A stretch of 64,000 bases of DNA from an uncultured Gammaproteobacteria bacterium. Its GTDB lineage: Bacteria; Pseudomonadota; Gammaproteobacteria; JABCZS01. The notes below the pieces were generated by a model. The model was given only the letters and a program-made list of their open reading frames with translations. It searched no databases and was not told the DNA's origin. Below are positions 29,726-39,048 of the stretch, piece by piece; within the stretch, counting starts at the first letter, position 1; the number at the start of each line of letters is the position of its first letter. The DNA lies in NCBI GenBank assembly GCA_963848305.1, contig CAWKDC010000001.1, forward strand, positions 544,001 through 608,000, given 5' to 3'. The position numbers were made by a program, and so were the translations under genes.

Positions 29726-30675
29726 TGATCAAAAACCCTTTTGCCGTTTTAAAATCACTGAAACAAATGGGCATTTTGGGGATGAATCAACGCAATGCTG
29801 AATTTATCCAGCTTTACAATCCACGCAAAAATTTCCCTTTGGTTGATAACAAAATTTTAACAAAAAAACTGGCGCTTCAGGTGGGTATCGGTGTGCCTGA
29901 ATTATATGGGGTCGTTGAAATTGAACATCAAATTGCTCAAATGCATGAACTGCTCAAACAATACTCCAGTTTTGTGATCAAACCTGCACACGGCAGTGGC
30001 GGCACGGGCATTGTGGTCATCAAAGGAAGACGCGGCGTAAATTATTTACGTTCGGATGGCACCATCATGACACCGGAAGATCTCAGCTTCCACGTGTCAA
30101 ATACACTCAGCGGATTGTACAGTTTGGGTGGATACCCTGATTCAGCCATGATTGAATATTGTGTCGAATTTGATCCCCTCTTTCAAGACGTGAGTTACCA
30201 AGGCATTCCTGATATCCGCGTGATTGTCTTCTTGGGATACCCCGTGATGGCGATGGTCAGGTTGCCTACCCGTCAATCCAGTGGTAAAGCGAATTTGCAT
30301 CAAGGGGCCATTGGCGTGGGCGTGGATATTCAAACTGGTTTCACTCGAACAGGCGTACAACATAACCAAATTGCCACATTGCATCCCGACACGGGCTTCC
30401 CAGTCGAAGGCATCACCATCCCTCACTGGGAAAACTTACTGGTGTATTGCGCACGCTGTTATGAATTGACAGGCTTGGGTTATATTGGCGTTGACATTGT
30501 CTTGGATAAAAATAAAGGCCCCATGATGCTTGAAATGAACGCCCGCCCAGGCCTGGCCATCCAGATTGCGAATCAGAGGGGATTATTACCCCGTTTGGAG
30601 CGTATTAAACAGGAGGTGACGGTGAAACGCACGCCAGAGGAAAGGGTGGGTTTTGTGTTAAAAGTGGCTTTTTGA
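29722..30675 (+). CDS. Alpha-L-glutamate ligase-like ATP-grasp protein
   Basis: GILGMNQRN, KPAHGSGG.GI, GIPDIRV, ANLHQGAIG, LEMNARPGLAIQIAN; ATGA coupling. Confidence 0.92.
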   Translation: MMIKNPFAVLKSLKQMGILGMNQRNAEFIQLYNPRKNFPLVDNKILTKKLALQVGIGVPELYGVVEIEHQIAQMHELLKQYSSFVIKPAHGSGGTGIVVIKGRRGVNYLRSDGTIMTPEDLSFHVSNTLSGLYSLGGYPDSAMIEYCVEFDPLFQDVSYQGIPDIRVIVFLGYPVMAMVRLPTRQSSGKANLHQGAIGVGVDIQTGFTRTGVQHNQIATLHPDTGFPVEGITIPHWENLLVYCARCYELTGLGYIGVDIVLDKNKGPMMLEMNARPGLAIQIANQRGLLPRLERIKQEVTVKRTPEERVGFVLKVAF

Positions 30676-30760
30676 AAATAGAAAAGCATTGGATTTAGTG
30701 AATAAAGGATTAGCTAAGGTAGTTTTTCAAAATCCCTAACAATCATGTTACGATACGCGT

Positions 30761-31636
30761 ATGAACACCCCAGAATCCCTCATGAACACTTTTCTCGAAC
30801 GTCTCTGGCTGGAAGAAGGCAAAAGCTCGCACAGTCAAGCAGCGTATAAGAGCGATTTGCTGCAATTTTTTCGCTGGCTTGATGCATTGGCAATTTCATT
30901 TGATAACGTATCCTCCAGTGATATTCAACGTTTTTTCGCGCATTGTCTCGACAGTGGCAAAACGCCCCGCACCCTCGCCCGTTACCGCTGCGCGTTGCGG
31001 AAATTTTTCACCTGGTTAGTGCGCGATCATCGTCTGTCTGATAATCCTATGGAAGGCATTGAAGCGCCAAAGATTGGGCAACCGCTGCCGCACAGCTTGA
31101 GTGAATCACAAGTTGAAGCGCTGTTACAAGCACCGGATGTGAACACACCGATTGGGTTGCGCGATAAAACAATGCTGGAACTACTGTATGCCAGTGGGCT
31201 GCGTGTCACTGAGCTGGTTGGTTTGCAAGCACATCAAGTGAATCTCAAACAAGGCGTGGTGCGCATCATGGGAAAAGGCAATAAGGAACGCTTGGTTCCA
31301 CTGGGCGAACATGCTTCGCAGTGGTTAACCCGTTACTTGGCAGAGAAAAGAGAGATTGGTTCTGTTTTATTTCCCGGACGTGAAGGCAACGCCATGACAC
31401 GTCAAACCTTTTGGCATCGCATCAAATATTATGCCATCGTTGCAGGAATCACTGCGCCTTTGTCACCTCACACCTTGCGCCACGCATTCGCCACACATTT
31501 GCTGAATCATGGTGCAGACTTACGTGTCATTCAATTATTATTGGGTCACAGCCAGATTTCAACCACACAAATTTATACTTTTGTCGCTAAAGAAAGGCTG
31601 AAATCGCTGCATGAAAAACATCATCCCCGTGGCTAG
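30761..31636 (+). CDS. xerD: Site-specific tyrosine recombinase XerD
   Basis: LYASGLRVTEL, GKGNKERLVP, SPHTLRHAFATHLLNHGADLR, TTQIYT, HHPRG; upstream of dsbC. Confidence 0.95.
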   Translation: MNTPESLMNTFLERLWLEEGKSSHSQAAYKSDLLQFFRWLDALAISFDNVSSSDIQRFFAHCLDSGKTPRTLARYRCALRKFFTWLVRDHRLSDNPMEGIEAPKIGQPLPHSLSESQVEALLQAPDVNTPIGLRDKTMLELLYASGLRVTELVGLQAHQVNLKQGVVRIMGKGNKERLVPLGEHASQWLTRYLAEKREIGSVLFPGREGNAMTRQTFWHRIKYYAIVAGITAPLSPHTLRHAFATHLLNHGADLRVIQLLLGHSQISTTQIYTFVAKERLKSLHEKHHPRG

Positions 31637-31687
31637 TATTTATGCTATGCTCTCACAACCTTGAACTTTTTTTCAGAAGGAATCAAC

Positions 31688-32404
31688 ATGAAATTATCCA
31701 CTATACTTGCCACTGCTTTGTTTGCTCCCTTGTTGTTAGCTGCACCCCAAGAGGATATTAAAGCCAGTTTAAAAGTCATTTCTCCCACCATGACCATCGA
31801 TGAAGTCACCGAATCTCCTGTGTCGGGTGTTTATCAAGTCGTCGCTGGCTCCACCATTTTGTATTCTGATAAAACAGGCAAATACTTTTTTGAAGGGCCA
31901 CTTTACCATTTAAATGCTGATAAGAAGTTTGAAAACCTCACTGCAAAACGTCAAGCAGTGATCGTGAAAAAGGCGATCGACAGTGTTGATCCTTCCACTT
32001 TGATCATTTTCAAAGCACCTCAGGAAAAAACGTATATCACTATTTTCACTGACATTGATTGTGGATATTGCCGCGCATTGCATAAAGAAGTGCCTGAATT
32101 AAACGCAGCTGGTATCACGGTTCGTTACATGGCCTTCCCACGCGTGCCTGCAGGCCAGCCTTCATTCATCAAGTCACAGTCAGTCTGGTGTGCACCTGAT
32201 CGCAATGCAGCGCTCACCGCAGCGAAAGGTGGCGCAGAACCCACACCTGCCACGTGCAAAGACCCTGTGTTAGAACAGCAGAAACTCGGTCAGTCGCTGC
32301 AATTCACTGGCACACCTGTGATCATTTTCAAAGATGGTACCGTATCACCTGGGTATATGCCTGCGAAGGACTTAATTAAAGCCGCTTTCGGGAATGCAGG
32401 TTAA
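31688..32404 (+). CDS. dsbC: Thiol:disulfide isomerase DsbC
   Basis: Signal peptide, FTDIDCGYC, GTP, PGY; xerD-dsbC synteny. Confidence 0.93.
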   Translation: MKLSTILATALFAPLLLAAPQEDIKASLKVISPTMTIDEVTESPVSGVYQVVAGSTILYSDKTGKYFFEGPLYHLNADKKFENLTAKRQAVIVKKAIDSVDPSTLIIFKAPQEKTYITIFTDIDCGYCRALHKEVPELNAAGITVRYMAFPRVPAGQPSFIKSQSVWCAPDRNAALTAAKGGAEPTPATCKDPVLEQQKLGQSLQFTGTPVIIFKDGTVSPGYMPAKDLIKAAFGNAG

Positions 32405-32413
32405 TGTATTGTA

Positions 32414-32440
32414 AGGGGTGCAGCAGGATGGCTGCACCCT
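32414..32440. terminator. GC hairpin between convergent dsbC and iron permease (REP-related)
   Basis: AGGGGTGCAGC-AGGATG-GCTGCACCCT preceded by TTGTA. Confidence 0.6.
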
Positions 32441-32450
32441 CTTCCAGCCG

Positions 32451-34161
32451 CTAGGCGCTTTTTCTCAACCCCAGATACACTGCTCCCGCCAACACAGCGC
32501 CCTGCAACATCAGGCCGAACAGGTTCGGGTAAATACCGAGCATATCAATCCGAGGGAATGGCACTGTCCACACAGGCACTTTGCCCGCTTCTTCCAACCC
32601 GTGAATACCTTGGCCAATAAAAACAATCGCAAACAAGAAGATCAACCACGCGCTGACCTTGAAGAATGATTGAAGCGGTAAACGTAAACCATATCGTGCC
32701 ATTAAAAACACGATCAACAATAACATGGCCAATGCCACGAGAATGCCGAGCCATATCATGTTCATGCCTTGTGAACCGACTTGCAAGCTCAAGGCTTCAT
32801 AGAACAATACTGTTTCAAATGACTCGCGATACACTGCTAAAAATGATAACGCGCCCAAGCCCCAACGAGCTTCTTCTGTCACTTGCTTGCTGAATTTTTC
32901 TTTCAAGTAAGTGCGCCAATCATGCGCCAATTGATGACGATGGATCCAAATGCCGACGTACAATAACATCCCCGCAGCAACCAATGCCGTCACACCTTCC
33001 GTTACTTCACGCGCTGCACCACTGATGCTGATCAAGGTATGAGAAACCCACCAGGTTAAACCGCCAGCGAACAATGCGAGGCACCCAGCCTGCATGAATA
33101 GCGGGCAACAATGTGCGTTTTTCCGCTTTGATCAACATGACGATCAACATGCCCACGATGAGGATAGATTCTAACCCTTCGCGCAATAAAATCACCAAAG
33201 AACTTAAGAAGATTGCTGGACTTGAGAATTCGGTTGTTGGCAATGTGGTTTGAACATCAGTTAACACCATCCGCAATGCTTCATATTGTGTTTTTAACGT
33301 TTCTATAGGCACACCCTTTTCAATGGCTGCGCGGAAATCCATCATTTGTTTTTCAATCACAATGCGTTGCGTGCGATCCAATACATCTAACACGGCTTCC
33401 GCAGTTTCAAAACCATCTAAATAGGCTGAGAGTGCGTATTGATAGGCCGCTTTCGGATCTTGTGCGGCGTAACTTTGCATGCTCAAGGCCAATTTGTTGA
33501 GCGTGATGGAAAAGGGATCGCTACCAGTGATCCCTTTAATATAATACGCCAAGTTCCAACGCTCTTCTTCAGTAAACGCTTTTTCATACGATGCCATTGA
33601 TGTGCCTGCGACACCCAGCGTGATTGTATTATAAAGTGCAAAGGGACTGAGCTGATCCATGCGATTGTGATCGGTAAAATTGGTCGGCGCAGGCTCTAAG
33701 CCTTTGGCCAATGGGCCATCCCCAGCCCCGGTGGCACCGTGACATGCCACGCAGTTGGTTTCATAAAGCGTTTTACCCATGGCAAGATCAGGTGCTTTAG
33801 CAGGGGCTAAGGTGACATTGAGGATGGATTGAAGATCTGACGTCAACTTCCCTGTTTGTTGGCGTACGTCTTTGAGCGGGGCACGTTCGTTGACCAATTG
33901 TTTTAAATGCTTGGCTTGCTTGATCAGTGAAGCTTTCTGGGCATGATCAGGCAATGCGTTAATAGCACCGAGAATAATCTCTGAAAATTCCTGCATTTCT
34001 TCGTATTCTGCAGGGTTTTTGATATGTTGTTTGTCGTCAATCGCTTCTTCATAGTCCACACCGACATAATCAACCAACTGGAGCAATTGTGCATCTGAGA
34101 TTGGGTTAGCCCACAGCGGGAGCGTCAGGAAAAAAGCCACGAGAACAGACAGTAAACGCAT
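32451..34161 (-). CDS. Cytochrome c/FTR1-family iron permease (PbrT-like), split by an apparent +1 frameshift near 33080
   Basis: Signal peptide, DYVGVDY, EYEEMQEF, CVACHG heme motif, LREGLE and YRESFE REXXE motifs across the two ORFs. Confidence 0.9.
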
Positions 34162-34188
34162 GGATGAGCCCCTTGTGTGAGTTCGGTA

Positions 34189-34234
34189 AATAAGAATGAT
34201 TCTCAATTATACGGAAAGAAAGGGGGATTGACAA
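34189..34234 (-). promoter_or_regulatory. Sigma70 promoter with adjacent Fur box for the iron permease
   Basis: Minus strand TTGTCA(34229-34234)-N17-TATAAT(34206-34211), immediately followed by TGAGAAT-C-ATTCTTA (34191-34205), a 7-1-7 Fur-type inverted repeat. Confidence 0.85.
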
Positions 34235-34975
34235 CTAAAATGTACGCCTGACAACCTCCGCCACGTGATGCGTGGTAGCCCCTACAATTCGCCATACTCC
34301 CCTCAAAATACTGATCTCCGTCTCATCAGGCGCAGCCCGCAACAGCAAACGGCGCAAACGTTCTTTGAGTAATCGGGGATTCTCGGGGTCTAAAAACTGG
34401 GTTGCAATCAAGGTCTCGTATAAATGCTCCATCATGCGATCGAAATCGGCCATCGGCGCAGGGACATGATCCACAACAGGCAACATACCCGACGATTCAC
34501 GCAGCGTCATCATGATTTCATAACAAAGCACCTGAACAGCAGACGCTAGGTTGAGCGCACGGCAATCGGGAGAGGTGGGGATCTCCACGTGATAATGGCA
34601 TTGTTGTAATTCTTCATTATATAGCCCTCCCCGTTCGCGCCCGAAAACGAGCGCAACCGTTTGGCCACTCGCGGCCACTGAACACACCTTAGGACCCAAT
34701 TCGCGTGTGCCAAGCATGGGCCAAGGCAAGTGGCGCGATTGTGCGCTGGTGCCAATGACCAATGAAGCATCTTGTATGGCTTCTGATAACGTGGCAACAA
34801 CCCGCGCATTCGTTAAAATATCGACGGCATGTTCAGTCGCGCGCGCAGTGGCGCGATCATCGGGGAAAAATTTGGGATTGACGAGGATAAGGTTTGCAAA
34901 CCCCATGGTTTTCATGGCACGCGCAGTGGCGCCAATGTTGCCAGGGTGAGAGGTTTCGACGAGAACGATATTCAC
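34235..34975 (-). CDS. trmJ: tRNA (cytidine/uridine32-2'-O)-methyltransferase TrmJ
   Basis: IVLVETSHPGNIGATARAMKTMG, VFGRE..GL.NEEL, LNLASAVQV. Confidence 0.93.
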   Translation of the reverse strand: MNIVLVETSHPGNIGATARAMKTMGFANLILVNPKFFPDDRATARATEHAVDILTNARVVATLSEAIQDASLVIGTSAQSRHLPWPMLGTRELGPKVCSVAASGQTVALVFGRERGGLYNEELQQCHYHVEIPTSPDCRALNLASAVQVLCYEIMMTLRESSGMLPVVDHVPAPMADFDRMMEHLYETLIATQFLDPENPRLLKERLRRLLLRAAPDETEISILRGVWRIVGATTHHVAEVVRRTF

Positions 34976-34977
34976 GA

Positions 34978-35745
34978 TTAACCATTCAATACTGATAAAA
35001 GTGCAGGCATCAACTTCATATTACATCCGACAAAACTGCCCGTTTTCAAATAATCGTCGCCATCTAAGCCGACAATCGCGCCGCCTGCTTCTAAGATCAT
35101 CAAAGTGCCGGCAGCAATGTCCCATGGTTTCATGCCCCATTGAACACATCCATCGGCATAACCTGCCGCCACATGCGCCAAATCAAGGGCCGCAGAACCG
35201 CTGCGACGAATTGCTCCCGCTTGCAACGTGAGGTGCATCATTTTTTGAACATGATCAGGCGTGAGATCGCGTTTGTTGAAGCTGATTGTCAGCAATGCTT
35301 TGGGCAATAACTTAATGGTACGGACGCGGATGCGATGATCATTGCAAAATGCGCCCGCGCCACGGGATGCCGTGAACAATACATCGCGCACGGGATCATA
35401 AATCAAACCATGTTCAATGCGCCCATTTTCTTCATATGCCATCGAAATGCAAAAGTTAGGATAACCATGGATAAAATTGGTGGTGCCGTCCAACGGGTCT
35501 ATGATCCAGCGGCAATCTTCCCGGCCTTCCGTTTCACCAGACTCTTCGCCCAAAAAACCATGGGTGGGATAAAATTGAGCGAGGGTATCTATAATAATTT
35601 CTTCTGACTTGCGATCCACGTCGGTGACATAGTCGTTCGCCCCTTTAACACTCACCTTGACATCTTCTAGGCGCTCGTAAGCACGCATGATATGTTGGCC
35701 TGCTTTACGTGCGGCGCGGGTGGCAATATTCAAAAATGGATGCAT
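34978..35745 (-). CDS. suhB: Inositol monophosphatase / Nus factor SuhB
   Basis: MHPFLNIATRAARKAG, WIIDPLDGTTNF, RRSGSAALDL, PWDIAAG. Confidence 0.95.
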   Translation of the reverse strand: MHPFLNIATRAARKAGQHIMRAYERLEDVKVSVKGANDYVTDVDRKSEEIIIDTLAQFYPTHGFLGEESGETEGREDCRWIIDPLDGTTNFIHGYPNFCISMAYEENGRIEHGLIYDPVRDVLFTASRGAGAFCNDHRIRVRTIKLLPKALLTISFNKRDLTPDHVQKMMHLTLQAGAIRRSGSAALDLAHVAAGYADGCVQWGMKPWDIAAGTLMILEAGGAIVGLDGDDYLKTGSFVGCNMKLMPALLSVLNG

Positions 35746-35883
35746 GGCAGACCTCTGGTACGACAGGCGAGCATGATACCATGAAAAGGTGGGGACGCGC
35801 CAATACAAAATGTCCCCGTGTAGATGACAGAATGGGCGTATGTGGTATGATTCTTGCAAATACCCCACGTTTTAGGAGGAAGA

Positions 35884-36315
35884 ATGTCCGATCTAGGGAA
35901 ACAAAATGAAGCGGTTGATACTGTTGTGGGCCATTATGCCACTACCCTGATGGTGATGGCAGCATTTGGCACCTTGATTGGCTTTCTGGTCGCTGCTTCC
36001 CTGGGTGAAACATACAACGTTATAGTTGAACACAATGATTTCTCGGGTGAAAGGCAGGTGGGGACATCTCATTATCCAGATGATGGCGGCTTTACCACAA
36101 ATAAAATACGCCTCACCCATACGGGCGGAAAATGGGTCGGTGGGGGTGCAGGTGTGGGTGCGGCGCTGGGTCTTTTGTTCGCGTTTATTTATAGAAATTT
36201 TTGGATGGGGCCGGCGAGTGATACGTCATCTAAAGCGACCGCCGGGTACGATTCATCATACGACAAAACGATTGGAACAATGACAGGCCGCGAGCCTTTA
36301 AGTAACGGCACCTAG
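35884..36315 (+). CDS. Hypothetical two-TM membrane protein with Gly-rich second helix
   Basis: AGGAGG SD; two hydrophobic segments; GGGAGVGAALG. Confidence 0.65.
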   Translation: MSDLGKQNEAVDTVVGHYATTLMVMAAFGTLIGFLVAASLGETYNVIVEHNDFSGERQVGTSHYPDDGGFTTNKIRLTHTGGKWVGGGAGVGAALGLLFAFIYRNFWMGPASDTSSKATAGYDSSYDKTIGTMTGREPLSNGT

Positions 36316-36384
36316 ACCCTGGGCTATGTAATAAGGGGAGGTTTCTTAGATCCCTTGCAGATCGTTTTCCTTGCCCATAGTCAG

Positions 36385-37299
36385 CTACATCCCTGGCTCG
36401 AGCTTATGTGCCCCGCTTCTTGCGCCCAATGCTTTCAAGTGTTTGACCACCTCAAGCTGACTATTTTCTTGCGCGTGATCCAAGGCCGTTCTTCCTTCAT
36501 TGTCTTTAACATAAAGATTCGCACCCTGTGCCAGCAGACATTTAACCCTTTCGATAGAGCCAGATCCTGCAGCAACCATCAACGGCGTTACGCCATCATG
36601 ATCCGCCTTATTCACAATATCCACTTTTTCTGCAACTGATTTGTTGATCAATGCCTCTAAAATCGCAACATCATCCGCGCCGTGCATGCAAGTCCACAGC
36701 AAAGCCGTTCTTTGATGATGATCATGGCACTTGATATCAGCGCCCCGTTTAAGCAGCAGCTTAACGACCTTATGATGTGAGTAGAAGCAAGCCAGGATCA
36801 ACAAAGTTTGTCCATTGACATTTTTCACATTGGGTGAAGCACCTTTGTCAAACAACGCGGACAGCACCTCAACTGAGCCTTTGTGGGTTGCCGTGGTTAA
36901 TAGTTGCGTGAGATGCTCAGGCTTGAAAATCCGCTGCCAGTGTTTCTTGCAAGCGAACACTTTATCGTGAAACTGCTGAATCATGGCAGTTGATAACGGC
37001 TCATCAGGACGACACACTGGCAGCTCAGTTCTCAATATGGCGACGCGTGAGTTAATATTTCTGGGGTCAATCAGGTTAGCATTCATGCATGTCAGCACAG
37101 GTCTGAGCGTCCTGATCTCCTCATGCTTTGGTATCGTGAAGCAAAAGTAGCGAATCAAGGCGAGGACATGCCTAGGCAAGGCAGGTTTTCGACTTCCTTC
37201 AGGCATGGCCAACATCGCGGTAATGATAAGTGTTTGAAAATAGTCGAATTCAGGGGTAGATGCCCGCGGGGAAACAACGATATTCCCTTGATTTTGCAT
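36385..37299 (-). CDS. Ankyrin-repeat protein with possible N-terminal F-box-like motif
   Basis: About 4-5 ANK repeats (NGQTLLILAC...LLKRGAD, DGVTPLMVAA...LLAQGAN, EGRTALDHA); LPRHVLALIRYF near the N-terminus. Confidence 0.85.
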   Translation of the reverse strand: MQNQGNIVVSPRASTPEFDYFQTLIITAMLAMPEGSRKPALPRHVLALIRYFCFTIPKHEEIRTLRPVLTCMNANLIDPRNINSRVAILRTELPVCRPDEPLSTAMIQQFHDKVFACKKHWQRIFKPEHLTQLLTTATHKGSVEVLSALFDKGASPNVKNVNGQTLLILACFYSHHKVVKLLLKRGADIKCHDHHQRTALLWTCMHGADDVAILEALINKSVAEKVDIVNKADHDGVTPLMVAAGSGSIERVKCLLAQGANLYVKDNEGRTALDHAQENSQLEVVKHLKALGARSGAHKLEPGM

Positions 37300-37302
37300 G
37301 AT

Positions 37303-37331
37303 ATAACCTCTTGTTGACGACAAGAGGTTAT
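37303..37331. promoter_or_regulatory. Perfect 12-bp hairpin covering the SD of the ankyrin gene
   Basis: ATAACCTCTTGT-TGACG-ACAAGAGGTTAT. Confidence 0.6.
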
Positions 37332-37377
37332 TTTATCATAATAAGTTAGAAGGTTCAATGGCTAATTATTGAGCCCA

Positions 37378-38811
37378 TTAAGATTTCTTTGGCATATACA
37401 AGTCTGTGATTGTCCCTTCGAAAATCTCCGTGGCCATGGCCAAGGTTTCAGCCAGGGTGGGATGAGGATGGATCGTCAGGGCGATATCTTCAGCGGTGCA
37501 GCCCATTTCAATGGCCAATGCCGCTTCTGCTATCAAATCACCGGCATGAGGACCCACAATGCCCGCACCCAACAAGCGGTGTGTCTTCTTGTCGTAAACG
37601 ACCTTGGTCAAACCCTCTGGGCGATCTTCACACAAAGCACGGCCACTCGCGGCAAACGGGAATATCCCCACGCCGACGTCATAGCCCTTCTCTTTCGCTT
37701 GGGCTTCCATCAAGCCAACCCATGCCACCTCAGGATCTGTGTAAGCGACGCTCGGGATACATTGAACATCGAAATAATGTTTTTTGCCCGCAATGACTTC
37801 AGCCGCCAAGCGCCCTTCTGGAATCGCTTTATGCGCCAACATGGGGTTACCATTGATATCACCAATGGAAAAAATATGCGGTACGTTAGTGCGCATTTGA
37901 TTATCCGCAGCAATGAAACCGCGATCGTCAACTTTAACGCCCGCTTTGTCGGCGCCAATCAACTTGCCATTGGGAATGCGTCCCACAGCGGATAATAATT
38001 TATCAAAACGTTCTGCTTTGCCAGGCGCATATTCACCATCAAATGTGACCCACAAGCCGTCCTTTTTCGCTTCCACGGCAGTGACTTTTGTTTTCAAATG
38101 AATCGCATTATAACGCGTCGACACATACTTCATGAAGGGTTTGAGCAAATCTTTATCGACACCACCGAGCAAACCATCAGCCAATTCAACCACAGTAACT
38201 TCGCTGCCCAGGGCGCGATAGACGCAAGCCATTTCCATTCCGATAATGCCGCCACCCATGACCAGCAATGATTTAGGAATGTCCTTCAATTCAAGCGCAC
38301 CGGTAGAATCCATCACGCGGGGATCGTCGTTTGGAATGAAAGGCAACGCGACAGGACGTGAACCTGCAGCAATGATCGCATAATCAAATGTGATCGTTTG
38401 TTTTGTGCCATCGGGTGAAGTGACTTGTAGTGTATGGGGATCAGTGAACACACCTTCGCCGTGCACGATCTCGACTTTGCGTTGTTTGGACAACATTTTC
38501 AAACCGCCGGTTAAGCGGGAAACAATGCCGTCTTTCCAACCACGCAAGGCGTCGATGTCAATCGTGGGTTTACCGTAACTCACGCCATGTTTGGCGAGCT
38601 CATTGCTTTCTTCGATGTGTTTGGCCACATGTAACAATGCTTTCGAGGGAATGCAACCGACGTTCAAGCACACACCGCCGATGCTTTCGTAACGTTCGAC
38701 AAGAGTGACTTTTTTGTCAGACTTTTGTTCTGCAAAAAGATCCGCTGCGCGGAATGCTGCTGAGTAGCCGCCAGGGCCGCTGCCGAGGACGAGAAGGTGT
38801 GTGTGTGACAT
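37378..38811 (-). CDS. lpdA: Dihydrolipoyl dehydrogenase (E3)
   Basis: GSGPGGY, GGVCLNVGCIPSK, GGGIIG.E, HPHPTLAE. Confidence 0.97.
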   Translation of the reverse strand: MSHTHLLVLGSGPGGYSAAFRAADLFAEQKSDKKVTLVERYESIGGVCLNVGCIPSKALLHVAKHIEESNELAKHGVSYGKPTIDIDALRGWKDGIVSRLTGGLKMLSKQRKVEIVHGEGVFTDPHTLQVTSPDGTKQTITFDYAIIAAGSRPVALPFIPNDDPRVMDSTGALELKDIPKSLLVMGGGIIGMEMACVYRALGSEVTVVELADGLLGGVDKDLLKPFMKYVSTRYNAIHLKTKVTAVEAKKDGLWVTFDGEYAPGKAERFDKLLSAVGRIPNGKLIGADKAGVKVDDRGFIAADNQMRTNVPHIFSIGDINGNPMLAHKAIPEGRLAAEVIAGKKHYFDVQCIPSVAYTDPEVAWVGLMEAQAKEKGYDVGVGIFPFAASGRALCEDRPEGLTKVVYDKKTHRLLGAGIVGPHAGDLIAEAALAIEMGCTAEDIALTIHPHPTLAETLAMATEIFEGTITDLYMPKKS

Positions 38812-38836
38812 ATGTTGCTCTCCAAAAAATATTCTT

Positions 38837-39043
38837 CGTCATCCTAGAAACAATCTGTTTCCAGGCGGTGGCTTCCGGTTCACGCTGTGTGCGACCGGGA
38901 CGCTTACGCGGTTATCGGGAACCCAGTTGCAATTCGATATCAAAGGGCTCACGATCTTGGATCGTATCCTGGATCCCAAATATAAACGCGCAATGTGTCA
39001 ACCCATTTTAAACAATCCCGAGCGCGCTTATTCCGGGATAACG
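38837..39043. mobile_element. Degenerate CGTC-type palindromic MITE/REP-like element between aceF and lpdA
   Basis: Ends CGTCATCCTAGAA...TTCCGGGATAACG (imperfect IR); inner IR CGCGGTTATCGGGAACCCAG...CTGGATCCCAAATATAAACGCG. Confidence 0.6.
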
Positions 39044-39048
39044 GGTTA

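Noticed and set aside
30761-31636. Tyrosine recombinase as integrase of a mobile element
   Set aside because: Typical XerD motifs, HHPRG end and xerD-dsbC synteny indicate the housekeeping gene.
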